A DNA stretch of 64,000 nucleotides from Octopus bimaculoides (lineage: Eukaryota), in contig NC_069001.1 of the NCBI RefSeq assembly GCF_001194135.2, positions 23,723,746 to 23,787,745 on the forward strand, read 5' to 3'. A program made the position numbers and the translations under genes. Shown here one piece after another: positions 60,731-64,000 of this stretch (its first letter is position 1; each line of letters begins with the position of its first letter). A model generated the notes under the pieces. It did no database searches. It saw only the letters and a program-made list of their open reading frames with translations, and was not told the origin of the DNA.

Positions 60731-62633
60731 AATTCTTATAAAAATATTGGATCTATATATCAACTCTTGAATAACCTATTTTGAATACCTGAGAGCAAAC
60801 TGGTAAATGTTTGGAATAATCTCTTACTATTTACAAATATATATATATATATAAGCAATAATGAATTTCTGAGTGAGATATAAACAGTAGCAGCACATCA
60901 TGAAGTATATTTGCCACCAAAGGTTGTAGCCCGATGTTAGGAATTTTTCTATTCCAACAGTCTAATCTGTTGTGTATATATGAAATAATAATAATAATAA
61001 TAATAGCTAGTGAAACAAAGTAAAAGATGTATGTGTATATATATATATATATATGTAACATCATACATTTGTCTCTAAATTTATTTTGTGGCATGTATTG
61101 GTTAGTTTAAAAGGATGTTGCAGGATGGATGGCCGTTGTTTTACTTTTGGCCAGTTTCTATGGCAGTATGGCACTAGCTCTGTTGAACTTGCCTTATCCT
61201 TGGCAACACTAATTTCGTTTTGGTATAAAATGAATGGCTCTTTATGAGGTGAGGAGTTTTGGTGTGGCTAATTGAGATTGTAATTTAACCTAATGAAAGA
61301 TTGTTTAGCATTATGGCATTGGAGAGCATGTATATTTTGAATTACACATCTTGATTAATGTTTGTCCTTGTATATGTGAGTATGAGCTGGGATCAGTGTT
61401 TGCTCTTTATCCTGTGTATTCATACATATAGCTCATTATGTTTATGCATGTGTCTTTTATCAAAAACGCATTTTAAATTTGTCATTGTGTATGCATATAT
61501 ATATTTTGTGCACTGCATGCATAACTGTGGCTGCTGTTTGTGATTTGGTTGTTGTGGGTGTAAATTTATTTTTGTTTATGTATGCAGTAGTGATGGGTTG
61601 AGTGAGTGGGTAGGGAAGTGCTATGCTATTTGGAGTCCCAACGACTTTTTTAAAAGGAACTTATTTTGATGCTTGCAGCATGATACAATTTCATTTCCTT
61701 TGCTTAATGAGTGTATGCAAATTTGGATGAGTAGACAACTTCTTCAGAATATCACATTACATTTTAAAGTCTTTTGTTGTACTTCAAGGCATTATCCAAA
61801 TATGAAGTTTACTTTTTGCAGAAATAGCCACTTAGAGTGTACCAGGCATTGTAATTTAAGTTTGATGTCTAAGGATCTAAAGAAGTATTAGACACAAAAT
61901 GAGATACAAATTGCTTAATGGCTTTAAGCAAATCCTCCTTAATCTCTCTTTATGATCTCAGTAAATTTGCATATTATCCTTCATATTCTTCTATATCTTT
62001 TGCATTTTCACTGAACAATTTTGAAAACAGTCTTTTCAGTGATCAATGTTTTATTGTCTTAACCCTCCAGTTTAATTTTGCTAAACACTGCTCTTGTTTC
62101 TCATAAGATATAAGTTGGGATGCAACATAAAAAAACAAAAAAAAAAGATTCATATGATTGCCTTCAGGAATCTTTGTCTGAGGTTTGCCTAACCAGACAA
62201 GCTATATGCATCCGCCTGGCTGATGTATAGACAGCGATAACTTAACTTTCAGTACAGCATTAACAGATATATTTTTACTGCCTAAATATCTCCCTAAATG
62301 GTAGTCTATTGCCTCACAAAGCAGAAATTTGAGCTCTTTTTTTTATACGATGATGTCATAAATTTGTAAAATATTGATGTAACTTGCAGTATCTAAAATA
62401 TCTAATAGAACATGAAAATATGAAATAATATTTCAACATTCATATATCATAATACAAAATATAAACTGATATTCTTACTTATAAATACCTAGAAGTGAAT
62501 TATTGGTTTTTATCTCTATATCAAAATATATTTCGAAAATTATTAAATTTCCAGCTTCACATTCAGATATTTGATTAGGAATATATGTATATATGCACAT
62601 GGACACACACATATATGTATATATGCATATTTG

Positions 62634-62676
<43 letters not shown>

Positions 62677-62884
62677 NNNNNNNNNNNNNNNNNNNNNNNN
62701 NNNNNNNNNNNNNNNNNNNNNNNNNNNNNNNNNNNNNNNNNNNNNNNNNNNNNNNNNNNNNNNNNNNNNNNNNNNNNNNNNNNNNNNNNNNNNNNNNNNN
62801 NNNNNNNNNNNNNNNNNNNNNNNNNNNNNNNNNNNNNNNNNNNNNNNNNNNNNNNNNNNNNNNNNNNNNNNNNNNNNNNNNNNN
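62677..62884. other. Assembly gap (N run)
   Basis: Run of n flanked by (TA)n. Confidence 1.
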
Positions 62885-62924
<40 letters not shown>

Positions 62925-62925
<1 letters not shown>

Positions 62926-63300
62926 TCATTATCATCGTTATTGCTTAGCTTCTTTTTTTCATGCTGGCATGGGTTGGCTGGTTTGAGAGGGAAGAGTTGG
63001 CCAGCCAGAGAGCTGCCCTGGCTCCATTTATCTGTTTTGGCATGGTTTCCATGGCTGGATGCCCTTCCTAATGCCAACCACTTTCTAGAGTGTACTGAGG
63101 GATTTTATATGGCACCGGCACTAGTGAGTTTACATGGCACCAGCACAAGTGCTTTTATTTGGTACGAACATGTGTGCTTTTCTCCTAGGCACCAGCAGAG
63201 GTACTTTTCTATGTGGCACCGGCACAGGTGCTTTTATACATGGCACCAGGACAGGTGCTTTTTACGACACTGAAATGGATACTTTTTACGTGACACTGAG
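62925..63300 (-). mobile_element. RTE-related 3'-UTR copy with short tandem units
   Basis: catcattatcatcg...catgctggcatgggttgg...ggatgcccttcctaatgccaacc, then ~25-bp tggcacc(g/a)gcac..gtgctttt units. Confidence 0.7.
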
Positions 63301-63344
63301 ATGAATGCTTTATATAAGTATGTATGCATATATTTTTATACATA

Positions 63345-63552
63345 AGGCAGCAAGCTGCCAGAATCATTAGCATGCCGAGCAAAATGCTCAGTGGTATTTC
63401 GTCTGCTGTTACATTCTGAGTTCAAGTTCTGCCAAAATTGACTTTCAGCATCAATTAAATAAGTGCCAGTTATGCACTAGGGTCGATGTAATCGACTTAA
63501 TCCCTTTGTTTGTCCCCTCCATGTTTAGCCCCCTGTGGGCAATAAAGAAATA
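63345..63552 (+). mobile_element. SINE family B
   Basis: aaggcagcaagctgccagaa...gagttcaagttc...gtgggcaataaagaaata. Confidence 0.85.
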
Positions 63553-63560
63553 CATATATG

Positions 63561-63624
<64 letters not shown>

Positions 63625-63899
63625 TGTGTGTGTCTATGTGCAAGTGGTGTCTGATTTCTCTTTGTCTTTACATGCTTGTTTTCTCTATGTATAACAGCAA
63701 CATCACCATTTATGCAGACAGTCTTATATATTCATATATTTCCAATCAACTTTGAAATCAATCTCTTGTTCCTTGACATGTCTTATCATGTTGCTCAAAT
63801 TTTGTAAAAATAAAAATAAAAGCTCATAAATAAGTCAAGGCCATTTTGTCATCCAATTAATTAAGAAATTATTACTTTGCTGAGAAACAGGTAAAAGCA

Positions 63900-63998
63900 A
63901 GACAGAAAGGGCATCCAACTGTAGAAAATCTGCCTCACCAAATTCTGTCTGAAACTATGGAAAGGTAGTTATTAAAATAATGATGATGATGATGATAT
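63900..63998 (+). mobile_element. RTE-type 3' tail fragment
   Basis: gaaagggcatccaactgtagaaaa...ttaaaataatgatgatgatgat. Confidence 0.55.
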
Positions 63999-64000
63999 GT

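Noticed and set aside
61660-62110. Coding-like minus-strand stretch with several in-frame stops
   Set aside because: Probably a decayed transposon ORF, but I could not assign a family or motif.

Overview
Repeat-saturated, AT-rich animal genomic DNA with eight N-gaps, most flanked by (TA)n/(CA)n microsatellites. The SINE/LINE/microsatellite repertoire resembles an Octopus assembly (inference, no search run). I found no convincing host protein-coding exon, rRNA or tRNA gene, so the window reads as a large intron or intergenic tract. It holds remnants of many mobile-element groups: three tRNA-headed SINE families; a CR1/Jockey-type LINE; two RTE LINE lineages; two R4/Dong-type restriction-like-endonuclease LINEs; a two-LTR Ty3/Gypsy (Mag-like) provirus; Penelope-like (GIY-YIG) fragments with hammerhead ribozyme motifs; a frameshift-free but stop-interrupted Merlin (ISXO2/IS1016-like) transposase; an ISL2EU-like derivative carrying SAP-SWIM coding remnants; a deleted piggyBac; two DD37D (maT) elements; and several MITEs, two of them foldbacks built around inverted telomeric (TTAGGG)n cores. 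The most unusual signal is a hammerhead-like motif at 59521-59581. Its three core strands lie in an order matching none of the standard type I/II/III permutations, and a partial, covarying sibling sits at 41903-41945. All calls are by-eye motif and translation recognition, and boundaries of degraded elements are approximate.
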